This document shows, piece after piece, positions 47,592 through 57,542 of a stretch of 64,000 nt of DNA. Made by a program: the position numbers and the translations under genes. The stretch's first letter is position 1; every line of letters starts with the position of its first letter. Source of the DNA: a bacterium (GTDB lineage Bacteria > Patescibacteriota > Patescibacteriia > 2-12-FULL-60-25); the NCBI GenBank assembly GCA_021796435.1, contig JAJYXM010000016.1, forward strand, positions 374,625-438,624, given 5' to 3'. The notes beneath the pieces are model-generated. The model worked only from the letters and a program-made list of their open reading frames with translations, did no database searches and had not been told where the DNA came from.

Positions 47592-47990
47592 ATGTCTGAC
47601 GAAATGAAGAACGTCGAAGTGCCGGAGAAATTCAAGGCCTTCGTCGAATCAATCGAGAAACTCTCCGTCCTCGACTTGGCCGAATTGGTCAAGGTCCTGG
47701 AAGATAAGTTCGGCGTATCCGCCGCCGCTCCGGTCATGATGGCCGCAGCAGGCGCCGGTGCAGCCGCAGCTGAAGAGAAGACCTCATTCGATGTCGAATT
47801 GGCGGAAGCCGGCGGCAACAAGATCGGTGTCATCAAGGTCGTGCGCGAGGTGACTGGTTTGGGTCTCAAAGAGGCCAAGGACTTGGTCGATGGCGCGCCT
47901 AAGATGATCAAGGAAGGTGCCGATAAGGCCACAGCTGAAGAGATCAAGAAGAAGATCGAAGACGCTGGAGGCAAAGCGAACCTCAAATAA
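47592..47990 (+). CDS. rplL: 50S ribosomal protein L7/L12
   Basis: [17 protein letters not shown]...[25 protein letters not shown]... is the canonical sequence. Confidence 0.9.
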   Translation: MSDEMKNVEVPEKFKAFVESIEKLSVLDLAELVKVLEDKFGVSAAAPVMMAAAGAGAAAAEEKTSFDVELAEAGGNKIGVIKVVREVTGLGLKEAKDLVDGAPKMIKEGADKATAEEIKKKIEDAGGKANLK

Positions 47991-48011
47991 CCAAAGGTTT
48001 TAGAAGAAAAG

Positions 48012-48037
48012 AGGCGTCCTGCGGGGCGTCTTTTTTC
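48012..48037 (+). terminator. Intrinsic terminator after rplL
   Basis: AGGCGTCC-TGCG-GGGCGTCT (8 bp, two G-U pairs) followed by TTTTTT. Confidence 0.6.
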
Positions 48038-48151
48038 GTATCCGGCATCTTGACCTGTGGCTGTAAAAATGGTGGTGTAATGGGGGTCTTTGGTATGCTT
48101 AAGACGGTACATTTCATCGCCTAGCAACTCTGGCGCCAGACAGGAGGTAGC

Positions 48152-50251
48152 ATGCTGGTCCTAAAGGTCGTTTTCAGGTCGCTGCTTCATGGCGCATATC
48201 GCGTCAGACGCAGCCTGCCGGCAGCGTTCGTCTGCTGCATCACGGCACTTCTCGCGCTTGTCGCGAGCGAGCGGGTCACATCTGCGGCGCAATCAGGGTA
48301 TTGCATCAGAACCCTCGGCGAGACCGATGAAGGTTATCGCGTCATGGTTGAGGGACATACCGGGTGCGATATCTACAGGGCGTTCCGGGAGCATCCGCAG
48401 CGCGACGAGCAGGGCAACGTGTTGCCCGACCAGATCCAGATGCGCAGCATGTATGCCGCTAACCTGCTGAAGCAGGCTGACGGCACCTACGTCGAAGGGG
48501 CGATCAGGCGTCAGTGCACGCCTGACGGGAAGCCCAGTCCTGATCATGACGAGGAAGAGATCAGGACCTGCAAACATCTCACCTTCTACTACCCTTTCCC
48601 GAGCGTCGCGTTCATCGTACCGAAGGCGCGCGTGTACACTCCGGCTGAGAATAGGGTGAGGCAAGCGGCGGAAGAAGCCGAGAAAGCCAAGCGCGATGCC
48701 GCTGCAGCCAAGGCGGCGGAAGAAGCGCGTCAGGAGTCGGAAGCTTTCAAGCGCGCCGCCAAGGCGGAAGACGAGCTTAAGCTCGAGCGCAAGAGGTCGG
48801 CTGGCCTGCAAAGCGAGCTGAACGACATCGCGGACAAAGCCTGGCGCGTCGCGACCTTCCCTGAATTGGCGGGTGCGTTCATCTGCGCTTTGGCCTATGC
48901 ATTGCTGGCTTCGATGCTGGCGGCCCATTATCGCTTCAAGCTGCGGCCATTGACGGTCGATGGTTATGGCTATCCTGATCCGCTCGCTGCCGTGCAGGAG
49001 CTGAACATGAAGCTCCTGGCACTGCGTGATGAAGTCGCACGCTGGCGTAGGGCCGATTCAGATCGGAGAAGCCTTGAGGCAGCTGAGCAGAAGAAGGGAA
49101 GCCAAGAGCTCCAGGATCTCCAGCAGCGAGCGGAAGCAGCTGAAGCGGAAGCTCTCGCCCTCAAGAAAGAGAACGAGGGTATGAAGAGCAATCTGGAAGC
49201 CCTGCGGAAAGCGCGCGCGAGCGAATCGGGCGGTACGCCTGCGACTGTGAAGCTTCTGGAAGAACGTCTCTCTACCGCGACCATGCAGTACAACGAGCTG
49301 GATGGGCTGCATAAAGGGCTCCAGGAAACGCGGCGTCGACAGGCTGTAGAGATCCAGCGGCTCCAGCAGGAGAACGATGAGGTGCGTGCATGTATGGCGC
49401 GCGTCGAGACCGAGAAACAGGGTCTGTCCGATCGTCTGAAGGCAATCCAAGACGAGCGATTGGCGGAGAATAGTGCGAGTTGGCACCTCGCATCTGTCGC
49501 TGACCCTGAAGAGGCAGTGACGCAGGTCAGGACGCCAAGCAGGGACTCGGTGACGCCGGATTCAGTTGCTGACGCGATCGGGTTCGCCAAACAGGAAGCG
49601 CGACCGCAAGAACCGGAAGAGCTCTTCGCCGGCCTGGCACAGGAGCTGACGGATGCGCGTAGAGAACGCGATCTGTTCCGTGGTGGCTTGCTCAGGATCT
49701 CCGGCCTGCTTTCTTGGGTAGAGGATCTTGAAGCCGAATCGTTCGATGTGCTGCGCACGAAGACTGACAAGATCATCGTAGCGGTGACGGACGCTTGCCG
49801 TAATTGGGCATCGACCGGGCATCCGACGACGGCCAGCGAAGTGCAGGTGGAGAGCAATATCCCCACGGTCAGCGCTTCAGAGGTCGTACGCATCGCGAAG
49901 ATGTCCGATATGCTGCAGGAGAGAGCGGTGGATATCCAGGCTTTCCGCGGCATCATGGGTGACGTTTCGACGGCATCAGTCGGGCAATGCCTCAAGGCCT
50001 GCATCCATGAGTGGGCCATCAGGTCGGAGGGCGAACCTTTGGCCTTTGTCCTCGAAGAGCCTCATGAGGCATTCGATCTGAACAGACTCCTGCTATCCCA
50101 CTTGGGCTTTGGCCCCAGGTTTTCTTCCACGGTGACATCAAGGTTTGCGGAAGCGGTGGATCGAGTCCATCTCGCGTGTGCTCCGGAATTCAGCCGTAGA
50201 GCCGTGAGTGGATCGGTGCCTCCGTCGGCCGTACCTCAAGTAGCCGGATAG
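48152..50251 (+). CDS. Hypothetical large coiled-coil protein (GC-rich)
   Basis: N-terminal hydrophobic segment and long Ala/Glu/Arg coiled-coil stretches. No catalytic motif. Confidence 0.5.
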   Translation: MLVLKVVFRSLLHGAYRVRRSLPAAFVCCITALLALVASERVTSAAQSGYCIRTLGETDEGYRVMVEGHTGCDIYRAFREHPQRDEQGNVLPDQIQMRSMYAANLLKQADGTYVEGAIRRQCTPDGKPSPDHDEEEIRTCKHLTFYYPFPSVAFIVPKARVYTPAENRVRQAAEEAEKAKRDAAAAKAAEEARQESEAFKRAAKAEDELKLERKRSAGLQSELNDIADKAWRVATFPELAGAFICALAYALLASMLAAHYRFKLRPLTVDGYGYPDPLAAVQELNMKLLALRDEVARWRRADSDRRSLEAAEQKKGSQELQDLQQRAEAAEAEALALKKENEGMKSNLEALRKARASESGGTPATVKLLEERLSTATMQYNELDGLHKGLQETRRRQAVEIQRLQQENDEVRACMARVETEKQGLSDRLKAIQDERLAENSASWHLASVADPEEAVTQVRTPSRDSVTPDSVADAIGFAKQEARPQEPEELFAGLAQELTDARRERDLFRGGLLRISGLLSWVEDLEAESFDVLRTKTDKIIVAVTDACRNWASTGHPTTASEVQVESNIPTVSASEVVRIAKMSDMLQERAVDIQAFRGIMGDVSTASVGQCLKACIHEWAIRSEGEPLAFVLEEPHEAFDLNRLLLSHLGFGPRFSSTVTSRFAEAVDRVHLACAPEFSRRAVSGSVPPSAVPQVAG

Positions 50252-50282
50252 ATGGTCCGAAGAAAAAACCATCCGAACTCAA

Positions 50283-50322
50283 ATCCCCGATGCGGACACG
50301 CCTCGGGGATTCGTTTATTTCG
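50283..50322. terminator. Bidirectional terminator-like hairpin
   Basis: ATCCCCGA...TCGGGGAT 8-bp stem followed by TCGTTTATTTCG. Confidence 0.45.
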
Positions 50323-50342
50323 TACCTAGGTTGGATCTTGGT

Positions 50343-50861
50343 TCAAGCCTTCGGCTGCTGTTTTTCGAGCTCGGTCTTGATCAGTCCTACGATATTTTCT
50401 GCATCAGGGTGAGGTAGGACGTAATTGTTCTTGGATCCGCGACAGAGCAGCAAAATGGCTTGCGGTGCGCCCATCCAGGGATAGGCCGGTTCATAGGCCG
50501 CCAGTATCCTTACCGGAAGAGGTGTCCTGGGGATATCTATCTGCACGGCTGACGCACTGTCGTTCGGGAAGTCCGGAGTCGGTATGCAACGCACCTCTTC
50601 GATCACGGAAAACGGGAAATGTGAGATGCCTACGCCCTGGCGTATGTCGACTCCTTTGTCGTCTATGGTCAAGATGAAGAAAGACGAGACCATGGCCCAG
50701 ATGCCGAGGAAACTGAATATCAGGGCAGAACCTAATGGTTTAGTCTCGATATCCTGGTGGCGCATCGCGGCCATCGCGACGGGAAAGAATGCAATGACGA
50801 AACTGGCGAAGCTCAAGGCGATATATGGCCAAGCGATCGTCTTAGATCGGTAGACCTTCAT
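50343..50861 (-). CDS. Hypothetical membrane protein
   Basis: Two N-terminal TM helices. No domain. Confidence 0.45.
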   Translation of the reverse strand: MKVYRSKTIAWPYIALSFASFVIAFFPVAMAAMRHQDIETKPLGSALIFSFLGIWAMVSSFFILTIDDKGVDIRQGVGISHFPFSVIEEVRCIPTPDFPNDSASAVQIDIPRTPLPVRILAAYEPAYPWMGAPQAILLLCRGSKNNYVLPHPDAENIVGLIKTELEKQQPKA

Positions 50862-50863
50862 AT

Positions 50864-52987
50864 TTAGGGTAAGGGGACCACGAGCAGCCGGTTGCCGTCT
50901 ATAACTAGGATGCGCTTGCCGGATTCGTCGACCGACACGTCGCGCAGTTCATGGAATTCGGGTGAAGTGATCTGGGCTTTCAGCGTGCCGCTTTTGTCGA
51001 AGACCAGGATGCGTTTTTCCGTCAGGTCAGTGATCACCAAAAGCGATGAGTCCGTCTCCGTCCAGAGCGATGAAGCGGCTTTGAGCGGCGGGTCGATCGT
51101 CGGCAAGCTGAAACTGACTTGACCGCCGGAGAGGAACTGCATGAGCTGGCCGTCATTCTTCAGCACGTATACGTTGGAATCGATGGCCAAGGAGACTGCA
51201 CCGTTCAAACTGACGTCGCTGGCTTTGATATAGGAGACTTCGCCGCTGAAGCCGCCGCCGACTGCGTTGTAGCGCCAGATCTGGTTGCCGTTGGCATCAA
51301 GACTGTAGATGCGGTTGGCGTAAAGATATGTGTCCTGTACCGGCGTCTTAGTCGTGCTCCAATTGAGCGTCTTGAGCAGATCGGTGGTTTTGCTCAAAGA
51401 GTACATCTTGCCGTCTTTCGTAGCGAAATAGATCGAGTCCTTGCCTTCGTTGGCCGAGACCACGGGTTCTCCGCTTGCCGGGATATTTATAGGTTTGATG
51501 GATTTGTCAGCTAGGCTGATCTTCAGGATGTTGTTACTGGATTTATCCGCCACATAGGCCGTATCCTTCATGAGGAGCAGGCCAGAGAGGCTGCCGGAAG
51601 GCGTACCTTCGGGGAGGGAGTAGAGCACGCTGACGTTATCCGCTTTGACCACCTTCTTGAGTTTTTCCTTTAGCGTGAGCAAGTCTTGATTGACCTTGTC
51701 CAATCTGGCTTTGCGATCAGCATCATTCTGGTCTGAAGCGAGGCTTGCGACAATCTTGTCGGCTTGGTCGATCTCATTACGGGCACGCAGCTCGTTGCCG
51801 TACACCAAGTCGGACTCGGCTCGGTTGCGGTTGTCGACGGCCGTGTCGTAAGTCGAATTCCAGGCAGCGATCTCGGCGGCGACGCGTTTGGAATGTTGCC
51901 ACCAATAATATCCGATGATGGAACCCGTCAGGACGATGCCGACGGCGGCGATGATGAGTTTATGTTTGCGCGTCAGGGCGCTGCGGTAACCGGCGTTCAT
52001 GCTGCGCAGGCTGGCCATCGCGACCGGATCCGCCGGTTCGCGTTTTTTGGCCAAACGGCCGATGGCCCCAATGGTTTTTTTTGCGCCGGTCTGGATCAAT
52101 GCGAACAATTTAGCGGCGAGTTCCTTGCCTCCCTTCAGCCCATCCAGGGGAGTGAGTACCGGAGCCAGATTCTGTTCGGCTTCCTCTTCGGCTTCCTGAA
52201 GCTTGTGTATGGAGTCGGTGCTCGCGTCAGTCTCCGGGAGCTCATCTTTCTTCAGTTCCAGGGTGAGTTGCGGTTCCTGTGGTTTCGTCTCGTAGCAGGC
52301 GATGATGGCGGCGACGAAATCATCCGGAATGCCGCGACGTTCCAGGTCGTGTTTGAGTTCCATGGCTGCCGTCACCGGTGGCATGGCAGTCAGCCGTTCG
52401 GCGATACGGAGTTCACCGCGCAAGCGGTCGAGGTTCGAGCTGCCCGCGATGAGCATGTCGCCTGGGTGGACGTCTCCGCAGACGATGGAGGAAAAAGGTT
52501 TCTGCGGATCGGTGTGCGCCGGCTGTTCGAGCGAACCGAAGATATCGAAAGCCTTGAAACTGCCGTCGGTTTGCTTCTGCAGGAAGGTGTTCATCAGGCG
52601 GCCGGTGCCGGTGAAGCACATGTGGCCTTCCGAAAGCTCTATGACGTAGATGTTGATGCGTTGCCATTGCAGCGGAGCGGCTTCTTCATCGACGAATCCG
52701 GCGGCCGTCTCGTTGAGTTGTTGAACCAGTTTCTCGAATCGTGCGAGTGGATCTTGATCGACTTGGCTGACCAGATGGCGAGTCCGTTCAGCTGCGGAGT
52801 TCAGGGCATCCAAAAGACGCTCATAAGCATAGAGCGTGGATTTGATGTCGGCGATCACCAAAAGCGTCGGTCCGACTTTAGGGCGACTTGGGTTGTCGAA
52901 ACGAAAAATGCCGACGATGGTGTCGTCGCTTAGGCTTTTGGCCACCTCGAGTTCGGCAATTCGGAATTGTTGTTTTTCGTCGCTCAT
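50864..52987 (-). CDS. Large membrane protein: cytoplasmic N-terminal domain, TM, extracellular beta-propeller-like repeats
   Basis: TM at AVGIVLTGSIIGYYWW. C-terminal repeated Y/W-rich beta-strand motifs. Confidence 0.5.
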   Translation of the reverse strand: MSDEKQQFRIAELEVAKSLSDDTIVGIFRFDNPSRPKVGPTLLVIADIKSTLYAYERLLDALNSAAERTRHLVSQVDQDPLARFEKLVQQLNETAAGFVDEEAAPLQWQRINIYVIELSEGHMCFTGTGRLMNTFLQKQTDGSFKAFDIFGSLEQPAHTDPQKPFSSIVCGDVHPGDMLIAGSSNLDRLRGELRIAERLTAMPPVTAAMELKHDLERRGIPDDFVAAIIACYETKPQEPQLTLELKKDELPETDASTDSIHKLQEAEEEAEQNLAPVLTPLDGLKGGKELAAKLFALIQTGAKKTIGAIGRLAKKREPADPVAMASLRSMNAGYRSALTRKHKLIIAAVGIVLTGSIIGYYWWQHSKRVAAEIAAWNSTYDTAVDNRNRAESDLVYGNELRARNEIDQADKIVASLASDQNDADRKARLDKVNQDLLTLKEKLKKVVKADNVSVLYSLPEGTPSGSLSGLLLMKDTAYVADKSSNNILKISLADKSIKPINIPASGEPVVSANEGKDSIYFATKDGKMYSLSKTTDLLKTLNWSTTKTPVQDTYLYANRIYSLDANGNQIWRYNAVGGGFSGEVSYIKASDVSLNGAVSLAIDSNVYVLKNDGQLMQFLSGGQVSFSLPTIDPPLKAASSLWTETDSSLLVITDLTEKRILVFDKSGTLKAQITSPEFHELRDVSVDESGKRILVIDGNRLLVVPLP

Positions 52988-53125
52988 GAGCCGTGGTTTC
53001 CGCAGGGCGAATGTACTGCGAAGTATACGTTATGCAAGCATTTAAGTCTATCCTAGACGACTGTGAGGCAAAACGCACACCCCTTGTCAAGAGCCGTTTA
53101 TGCAGGCAGTATGGAGGCATGGAAT

Positions 53126-53713
53126 ATGCTTGAACACTTATTTGGCTCAAGAACTAGACTAAAATTGCTCATGTTGTTCATACAGTCACCCGACGAGGTG
53201 TTTTATGTGCGCGAATTGACCCGTCGCGTGGGCACGCAGATCAATGCCGTCAGACGAGAAATCCAGAACCTAAGCGGCATAGGATTGATAATGGAAGGCG
53301 CCTCAAAGGACGATGAAGCCAAGTTGCCTGGCTTGAAGCGTAAGTACTACACGGCCAACATGGATTTCCCGCTCATGCAGGAAGTCCGGGCTTTGTTGCT
53401 CAAGGCTTATGCCTTGATGGAATGGAAGTTGGAGGACCGCATCAAGTCTTTGGGGGACATCCGGTTTCTTGCGCTCATGGGCTATTTCATCGGACAGACC
53501 AACCAGCCGGTCGATGTGTTTGTCGTCGGCGAGGTAAGCAAGTCGGAGCTGAAGGAACTGATGAAGCAAGCCGAAGAAAAATTGGGCGCAGAGATCAACT
53601 ATACGGTCATGACCTCGCAGGAGTATGCTTACCGTAAGGAGATGGCCGATCGTTTCCTGGAGGGTATACTGAAAGCGCCAAAGAGCGTGGTCATCGACAA
53701 GTTGGATAAGTAA
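53126..53713 (+). CDS. Winged-HTH regulator-like protein, N-terminus paralogous to 6497..8320
   Basis: GGAGG RBS. MLEHLFGSRTRLKLLMLF...FYVRELTRRVG aligns with MLDKLFGSKTRVVILSLF...LYIQEVIKRTG. Confidence 0.5.
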   Translation: MLEHLFGSRTRLKLLMLFIQSPDEVFYVRELTRRVGTQINAVRREIQNLSGIGLIMEGASKDDEAKLPGLKRKYYTANMDFPLMQEVRALLLKAYALMEWKLEDRIKSLGDIRFLALMGYFIGQTNQPVDVFVVGEVSKSELKELMKQAEEKLGAEINYTVMTSQEYAYRKEMADRFLEGILKAPKSVVIDKLDK

Positions 53714-53717
53714 CCAA

Positions 53718-54113
53718 GTGACTATGGGTTGGCTTTTCATCGAGACGACCAGACCGGGTGAGTTCCGGTTGGGGTTATTGACGCCAAAGGACGTCAAGGT
53801 GAAGACCTTCAAAGGACGTTCGAATTCCGTATTGACGCGCCTGTCGTCTTTGGTGAAGCGGACGGCGCTCAGTAGACTGAACGGCATCTGCGTAGTCTGC
53901 GGTCCTGGTTCTTTCACCTCGGTGCGCACGGGTGTACTCATCGCGAACATCCTGGCGCGCAAACTCAAGAAACCGTTAGTTGGGATCAATGCCGAACAGG
54001 CGCAAGACATAGCCGAGTTGGTCGCCAAACTGTCGCATGGCAAGCTAAAGCGAAGTACATACGTCAAACCCATGTATGACGCCGAGCCTAATATAACGTT
54101 GCCTTCAGCATGA
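53718..54113 (+). CDS. tsaB: Short TsaB/YeaZ-like t6A-synthesis protein
   Basis: CVVCGPGSFTSVRTGVLIANILA matches the TsaB GPGSFTGxRiG block. 131 aa. Confidence 0.55.
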   Translation: MTMGWLFIETTRPGEFRLGLLTPKDVKVKTFKGRSNSVLTRLSSLVKRTALSRLNGICVVCGPGSFTSVRTGVLIANILARKLKKPLVGINAEQAQDIAELVAKLSHGKLKRSTYVKPMYDAEPNITLPSA

Positions 54114-55618
54114 ATACGGAGAGGTTGAAAATGCGTTTCTACGAGATCCTGCCCGGCGCATTAGTCTGGCTGACGCTCATCGCGTCGGTTGTTTTGTCTT
54201 TCTTCCAACCGCTGTGGGTCATCTATTTCGTGGTGGTGTTCGATCTATATTGGCTCTTCCGCGTGGCTTACTACATGCCATTCCTATTGATCTCTTGGTG
54301 GCGTTATCGCACTGCGCTCAAGAAGGACTGGCAAGCTGTAGCGGAAAAAGCGCCCGGGTATGATGAAGTGAGACATCTGATTTTCTTGCCGACGGTGAAG
54401 GAGGACGTTACGGTCGTCCGCGAGACATTGAACACATTATTCAAAAGTCCATATCCTGCGGATCACATGATAGTGGTCCTGGCGGGAGAAGGTCGGGCCC
54501 ACGATCATTTCGTACCGATAGCGGAGGCGATGCGGAAAGAGTTCGGCGATAAGTTCATGAAGCTGCTGATTACGGAGCATCCGGTCGGTTTGCCCGAAGA
54601 GATCAGCGGCAAAGGGTCGAACCTGAATTGGTCTGGTCATCAAGTCTTGCCTCTAGTGACGGAGGAGCTCGGTCTCGATCCGGATAAGGTAATAGTCTCT
54701 TCATTCGACGTGGATACGCTCGTGCATCCGCAATATTTTTCTTGCCTGACTTATTTATATCTGACTACGCCGGAACCGACGCGCAGCTCTTTCCAACCGA
54801 TCCCTCTCTACAACAACAACCTGTGGGATTCTCCGGCCGCTGTGCGCGTCGCCATGTTCGGTACGACCTTCTGGCTGATGACCGAATTATCGCGTCCGGA
54901 AGGCATGATGACGTTCTCTTCGCACTCGATGAGTCTGCGCATGCTGATCGATGTGGATTTTTGGCAGAAGGATATCGTCAGCGAAGACTCAAGGATTTTC
55001 CTGCAGGGACTGATGCATTATCACGGACGCTATCGGGTGACGCCGATGTATCTGCCGGTCTCGATGGATACGGTCATGACGGGGGATTACTGGAAGGCAT
55101 TATGGGCTTTGTATAAACAATTGAGACGTTGGGCTTGGGGGGTCGAGAATTTTCCGTACATGATGCGTGAGTTCTCGAAAGACAAGGAGATGCCATGGAA
55201 CCTTAAGGTATTCTTCATCTTCAAACAGCTCGAAGGCATGTATACCTGGGCCACGGCGCCGATCTTGATTTTCGTCCTCGGGCGCATGCCCTTTTGGGTT
55301 GCCCCTGATGCTTTCCGCGAATTCGCCGTGTTCCAGAACACGCCATTCATGCTCCAATGGCTGATGCGCTTCGCCATGGTCGGTGTTTTCGTCTCGGCCG
55401 GTCTGGCTTTTACCTTGTTGCCTCCAAAACCTTCGCACATCGCACGTCGTCAATATGTCGTGGTGACCATCCTGCAGTGGGTTCTGTTGCCGATTACTTT
55501 CGTGATTTTCGGAGCCATCCCGGCCATCGATGCCCAGACAAGACACATGCTTGGCGGGAAGTGGCGTTTAGGGTTTAATGTGAGTCCGAAGAGGGCAGGC
55601 AAGGTCGGAAAGGAGTGA
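54110..55618 (+). CDS. Integral-membrane GT2 glycosyltransferase (cellulose-synthase-like)
   Basis: Multiple TM helices. D...D.D. QLRRWAWG (QxxRW). Confidence 0.6.
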   Translation: MNTERLKMRFYEILPGALVWLTLIASVVLSFFQPLWVIYFVVVFDLYWLFRVAYYMPFLLISWWRYRTALKKDWQAVAEKAPGYDEVRHLIFLPTVKEDVTVVRETLNTLFKSPYPADHMIVVLAGEGRAHDHFVPIAEAMRKEFGDKFMKLLITEHPVGLPEEISGKGSNLNWSGHQVLPLVTEELGLDPDKVIVSSFDVDTLVHPQYFSCLTYLYLTTPEPTRSSFQPIPLYNNNLWDSPAAVRVAMFGTTFWLMTELSRPEGMMTFSSHSMSLRMLIDVDFWQKDIVSEDSRIFLQGLMHYHGRYRVTPMYLPVSMDTVMTGDYWKALWALYKQLRRWAWGVENFPYMMREFSKDKEMPWNLKVFFIFKQLEGMYTWATAPILIFVLGRMPFWVAPDAFREFAVFQNTPFMLQWLMRFAMVGVFVSAGLAFTLLPPKPSHIARRQYVVVTILQWVLLPITFVIFGAIPAIDAQTRHMLGGKWRLGFNVSPKRAGKVGKE

Positions 55619-55650
55619 GGCGGCATCCGACCAAGAATAAGGGTTAAAGC

Positions 55651-56703
55651 ATGCAAGAAGCGAAGAAAACAATCATCAATGTAGTCACCTGGAACGGGCT
55701 GGCATATCTGCCCAATTTTTTTGCATCCCTGGATGAGCAGACGTATCGGGATTTCACGGTGTCGGTGGTGGATAATGCTTCGGACGACGGGACTCTTGCT
55801 TGGTTGGAGAGTGAACGGCCGGACACGGCTTTATTGCGGAATTTCAAGAATCAGGGGTTTGCCCGAGCGAATAATCAGGCGATCACCTTGGCTTTATCGC
55901 GTTGGCCTGAAGAGACCTGGAAAGACCATTACATCCTGATCGCTAACCAAGATCTGGAGCTTGCGCCGGATTGTCTTCGTCAGTTGGTGGCGGCTTTGGA
56001 TGCTGATCCTGATTTAGCCGGAGTCCAACCAAAGTTGCTGCAAGCGAGTTTCGTGGCTGAGACGGACGGTACGCGCGAAACGGAACGCGGGAACGCCATC
56101 GATTCCGTAGGCATAGTCCTGACCAAGGCACGTCGAGCCTATGAGCGCGGAGCAGGCGAGACAGATCGCGGGCAATACGATGTCGCTTGTGAAGTTTTTG
56201 CCCTGACCGGCGCTCTGGCGATGTACCGCGCATCGGCTTTGGCTGAGGCGAAGCTTGCAGGGGAATTCTTCGATGAGGACTTCGGATCGTATAAGGAGGA
56301 CATAGATTTGGGTTGGCGCATGCGTAGGTTGGGCATGCGTGTGAGCTTGGTGCCAGGGGCAGTAGCTTGGCATCATCGTAGCGCGGCGAGCTCCAAGCAG
56401 GGGCTACTTTGGCTGAAAGCCTTTTTTCGACGTTTCAGGAAACCTAAGAGGATAAATTTCGCCTCTACGCGGAATCACTGCTGGCTGACCTGGAAGAACG
56501 ATGAGACGATCGATCGTCTGATCCACGCTTTCTGGATCGTGCCTTATGAGACCGGTAAGTTCATTTCGTATATCTTCACCCCGAGTTCGTTCAAGGCGAC
56601 TTTTGCGGCGTGGGGTGGTTATCTCAAGATGAAACGTAAGCACAAAGAGCTGGCGCAGAGGACTAAGGTGTCAGGATCGGAGATGCGCAAGTGGTACGTA
56701 TGA
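55651..56703 (+). CDS. GT2 glycosyltransferase
   Basis: VVTWNGLAYLP...VVDNASDDGT is GT-A N-terminal DxD region. Confidence 0.65.
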   Translation: MQEAKKTIINVVTWNGLAYLPNFFASLDEQTYRDFTVSVVDNASDDGTLAWLESERPDTALLRNFKNQGFARANNQAITLALSRWPEETWKDHYILIANQDLELAPDCLRQLVAALDADPDLAGVQPKLLQASFVAETDGTRETERGNAIDSVGIVLTKARRAYERGAGETDRGQYDVACEVFALTGALAMYRASALAEAKLAGEFFDEDFGSYKEDIDLGWRMRRLGMRVSLVPGAVAWHHRSAASSKQGLLWLKAFFRRFRKPKRINFASTRNHCWLTWKNDETIDRLIHAFWIVPYETGKFISYIFTPSSFKATFAAWGGYLKMKRKHKELAQRTKVSGSEMRKWYV

Positions 56704-57542
56704 GCGAGGCTTATCCAGTGAAGGTCACGTTCGTCACCGTGGCTTATCGGACGCCGGACCTTATCCGGACGTTGCTTTCAGGTATCGAAAAGTTGGGTTT
56801 CGATTTTCCCTTCGAGTACATATTGGTGAACAACGCACCGGGTGACGGGACGAGCGAGATGGCGCGCGAGAGATTTCCCTGGGTGAAGGTATTGGACGCG
56901 CCGGGAAACGTTGGTTTCGCCGGTGGACATAATATCGCGTTCCGTGAAGCACGGGGTGAGTACATCATGTTCATCAACCCTGATCTGATCGTGTTCAAAG
57001 GCGAGATGGAGAAATTGCTGGCAGCGGCGGAGCGTCTGCCTAAGTCCGGCATCGTCGGTCCGCGCCTCATGTATCCCAACCATGAGATGCAGCGCTCGTT
57101 CCATCGTTATCCGAAGCTCATGACGCCGGTTTATCGCCGTACGTTCCTGGGGCGTACATCATGGGGGAAGCGACACGTGGACTGGTACTTCATGCGGGAT
57201 GTGGATGAGAAAAAGACGATAGATGTAGACGGCATCTTCGGGGCGGCGTGTCTGATCAGACACGATGTGCTTAAGGAGGTCGGATTTTTCGATGAGCGCT
57301 ATTTCATGTATTTCGAGGATGTGGATCTATGTAGACGCACACGCGAGAAGGGCTGGCGCGTAATCTATTTTCCAGACGCGGTTTTCGTGCATTATCACAC
57401 GCGCGAAAGCAAAGTTTCTCGCCCTTGGCTCATCCTGACCAACCGCCTGGCTCGCGCACATATCTCAAGCGCGGTAAAATACTTCTGGAAGTTCCGCGGC
57501 AAGGCTCTGCCTGCCGTGCCCGAGCCGATACATGAAACATAA
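56700..57542 (+). CDS. GT2 glycosyltransferase
   Basis: FVTVAYRTPDL...LVNNAPGDGT. ATGA overlap with the upstream gene. Confidence 0.65.
   Translation: MSEAYPVKVTFVTVAYRTPDLIRTLLSGIEKLGFDFPFEYILVNNAPGDGTSEMARERFPWVKVLDAPGNVGFAGGHNIAFREARGEYIMFINPDLIVFKGEMEKLLAAAERLPKSGIVGPRLMYPNHEMQRSFHRYPKLMTPVYRRTFLGRTSWGKRHVDWYFMRDVDEKKTIDVDGIFGAACLIRHDVLKEVGFFDERYFMYFEDVDLCRRTREKGWRVIYFPDAVFVHYHTRESKVSRPWLILTNRLARAHISSAVKYFWKFRGKALPAVPEPIHET

Noticed and set aside
51764-52933. A 389-aa plus-strand ORF antisense to 50864..52987, and other long antisense ORFs (6665..7372, 12851..13753, 32736..33236, 48970..50019).
   Set aside because: They are entirely embedded antisense in genes with clear domain homology or coherent structure. 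Their composition is typical of shadow ORFs.
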